64,000 nucleotides of DNA from Phoronis australis (lineage: Eukaryota; Animalia; Phoronida): positions 144,119 through 208,118 of the forward strand of contig NMRA01000540.1 of NCBI GenBank assembly GCA_002633005.1, written 5' to 3'. Shown here piece after piece: positions 62,201-64,000 of the stretch. Positions within the stretch are counted from its first letter, which is position 1. Each line of letters starts with the position of its first letter. The translations under genes and the position numbers were made by a program. A model generated the notes under the pieces. That model saw nothing but the letters and a program-made list of their open reading frames with translations, was not told where the DNA came from and searched no databases.

Positions 62201-63480
62201 CAATGAATTTCCATGGCTACAAGTTGAAAGAGGTCAGGCTAGCATGCAATCAGTAGTGAGCCTGGTGTTCTTTTTATTACCAATGATACTTTAACCAACA
62301 GCTTTTCTCTATGGTTGTGTGAAGCACCACTCCTAACGCCATCAGCCAGTGAGCAGGCTCCGAACAATGCCTGGACACATTACTACTCAATGAGGTGTGC
62401 TGTTCTTTCAGACAATCACTGAACCTTTTTCAGGCAAGGCTAATAAAAATATAAGGTATATACATTTCTAGGGCTTTTGCCATAACCAAGCAGACTTTTT
62501 ACAAAATCTGTCTTTTTGTTGAAAACTGCTGAAGAAAAAATTAAGGTCCAAAAGTTCATACATATCAGGCGAATGAAAAAGTTCAGCTACAGAAACGCCA
62601 AACCTTCGCAGGTAGTGCCTACTCACCAGTGTATCTATGTATGTGTCCGTTTTTGGCTCCACGGCCATCTCAGCCTCGTAGATCTTCTCAACAGGCATGT
62701 CCGAGTTGGCCGAGCTCGTGCTCTCCACTTCACCCTCACCGCGCCGCATGCGGTCTTCCGGCCCTGTAAGGTACATGATGAATAACGGAGGTCTCGCTCA
62801 CAGTGCCACAAACGGTCTTCCTATATTTTGAACTTATGCGATTGAGGTCTAATGATGTACACAGTCAACTGATGATTGACACGTAAATGCAGTACTCCCA
62901 ACCACACCAATCCTTTGAGATAAACAAGTAACAGTTTGTAACGCATATAACGTCACCGAATTGTTAACTATTGCAATTCACCAAAAGCAGATATAAACAA
63001 GCAAAAAATTGCAGCCCACGCATGCCTTATACAATGTGTATCAGGTCACCAGCACTATTTCTTAATCACAGAAAATACAGTGGGCCACAAGTATAGTAGT
63101 TCTTCACATGTTTAGCACTTTGTACAGCCAACGGGAGTGAAATTCTATTTATTTCATGTTAAATTTCTCCCCGAAAGTAATGATCGTGAACATATCAATC
63201 TCTTACAAGCACGGATTGCAGCGTGTAGGTGTCATGAACTGATATTTGCAATTTCCATTATTTGCAAAAAGATATCCAGTCTTCGAAAAATGAAAAAAAA
63301 ATTTTTTTTGGCAATTCTCATTACGGTATGCAGAATGAAGAGAGAACGAAAGTAGTATAGCACTATACAAAAAATCTGACTGTGTAGACAGCGCTCAAAA
63401 TGACCAGTCTAAAGTCACATCACTGCAAAGTGGTCGTGGCAACTTACCCTTTTCGCCTCTTCTCGTGTCTTCCTGGACAG
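56015..63480 (-). CDS. RXR: Retinoid X receptor (NR2B), 3' portion: T-box/hinge and LBD in 5 exons; DBD beyond the window end
   Basis: [91 protein letters not shown]; exon phases are consistent. Confidence 0.98.
57109..57604. mobile_element. Full-length CAGGGCTTGGAA MITE, 6-bp TSD (ttgccc)
   Basis: ttgccc|tagggcttggaat...attccaagccctg|ttgccc. Confidence 0.95.
57804..58028 (-). CDS. RXR: RXR LBD exon (GWNELLIA...IVLFNP)
   Basis: tgtcag/gtgagt, phase 1-1. Confidence 0.98.
59438..59937. mobile_element. Full-length CAGGGCTTGGAA MITE, 6-bp TSD (taactg)
   Basis: taactg|cagggcttggaat...attccaagccctg|taactg. Confidence 0.95.
61290..61416 (-). CDS. RXR: RXR LBD exon, helices 3-4 ([14 protein letters not shown]...VILLRA)
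   Basis: ttgtag/gtgagt, phase 0-1. Confidence 0.97.
62627..62763 (-). CDS. RXR: RXR hinge/helix 1 exon ([17 protein letters not shown]...YIDTL)
   Basis: ttacag/gtgagt; [18 protein letters not shown]. Confidence 0.95.
63448..63480 (-). CDS. RXR: RXR 33-nt T-box microexon ([11 protein letters not shown])
   Basis: ttattttcag/gtaagt, phase 1-1, begins with the conserved AVQE. Confidence 0.85.
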
Positions 63481-64000
63481 CTGAAAATAAGAGAACAGAG
63501 ATGTACTAATGACCAACTCGAGAGTGCACAAACCTCTATCATCTTCTCAAAGTGGTTATAAACCCACCATCTTACATTTAGACCACTTACCAATATAAAA
63601 CTGATAACAAATCATTCTTTAATGAAGCTGGACGGGATTTCAAGGATTTGAAAGAACTGTCAGTTCTTAAGTGCTCGAGACCAGGCTGCACAAGTAGTCT
63701 TGTCAACGACGGTGATTTTAAGCTCCAACCACAGTATCAAGGAATAACAAACTGTGTCGCTCTTTGCAAACCCAGACCTGACTTGGCATCTCAGACACCA
63801 ACATGTCGAGATCACAGCGCCACCACGTCTAAATAAAAAATTGAGTCTGCCTCTTGGACAAAACGTGGTTAATTACTGATGACACACCGATGACTATCTG
63901 TTGACTACAGCAGTTTTCAAAATGAAGTGGTGTTAAAATTTGAGGAAGCGTCAATGCACAGGACTGTGACTAAATGAACATATGTTCAACATCAACCTGT

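Overview
Intron-rich animal genomic DNA, AT-rich, with one assembly gap at 37472-37877. The RXR sequence and repeat types suggest a lophotrochozoan, possibly a mollusc (inference). I assembled two protein-coding genes by hand, both on the minus strand in tandem. The first is the 3' part of an RXR nuclear receptor (5 coding exons, 63480-56015, T-box/hinge plus the ligand-binding domain). The second is the 5' part of an LRRK2-type Roco gene (37 phase-consistent coding exons, 42021-3226, about 1536 codons: ARM, ANK, long Ser/Arg linker, LRR, ROC), which runs off the window start. A plus-strand C-type-lectin-domain terminal exon (628-863) lies in what appears to be an LRRK2 intron; its splice acceptor is amplified into a 34-bp minisatellite. 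Non-coding space holds many MITEs (including a family with 6-bp TSDs), a decayed two-ORF PIF/Harbinger transposon, tRNA-derived SINEs, Helentron-like elements and tandem repeats. All calls come from reading the sequence; no searches were run.
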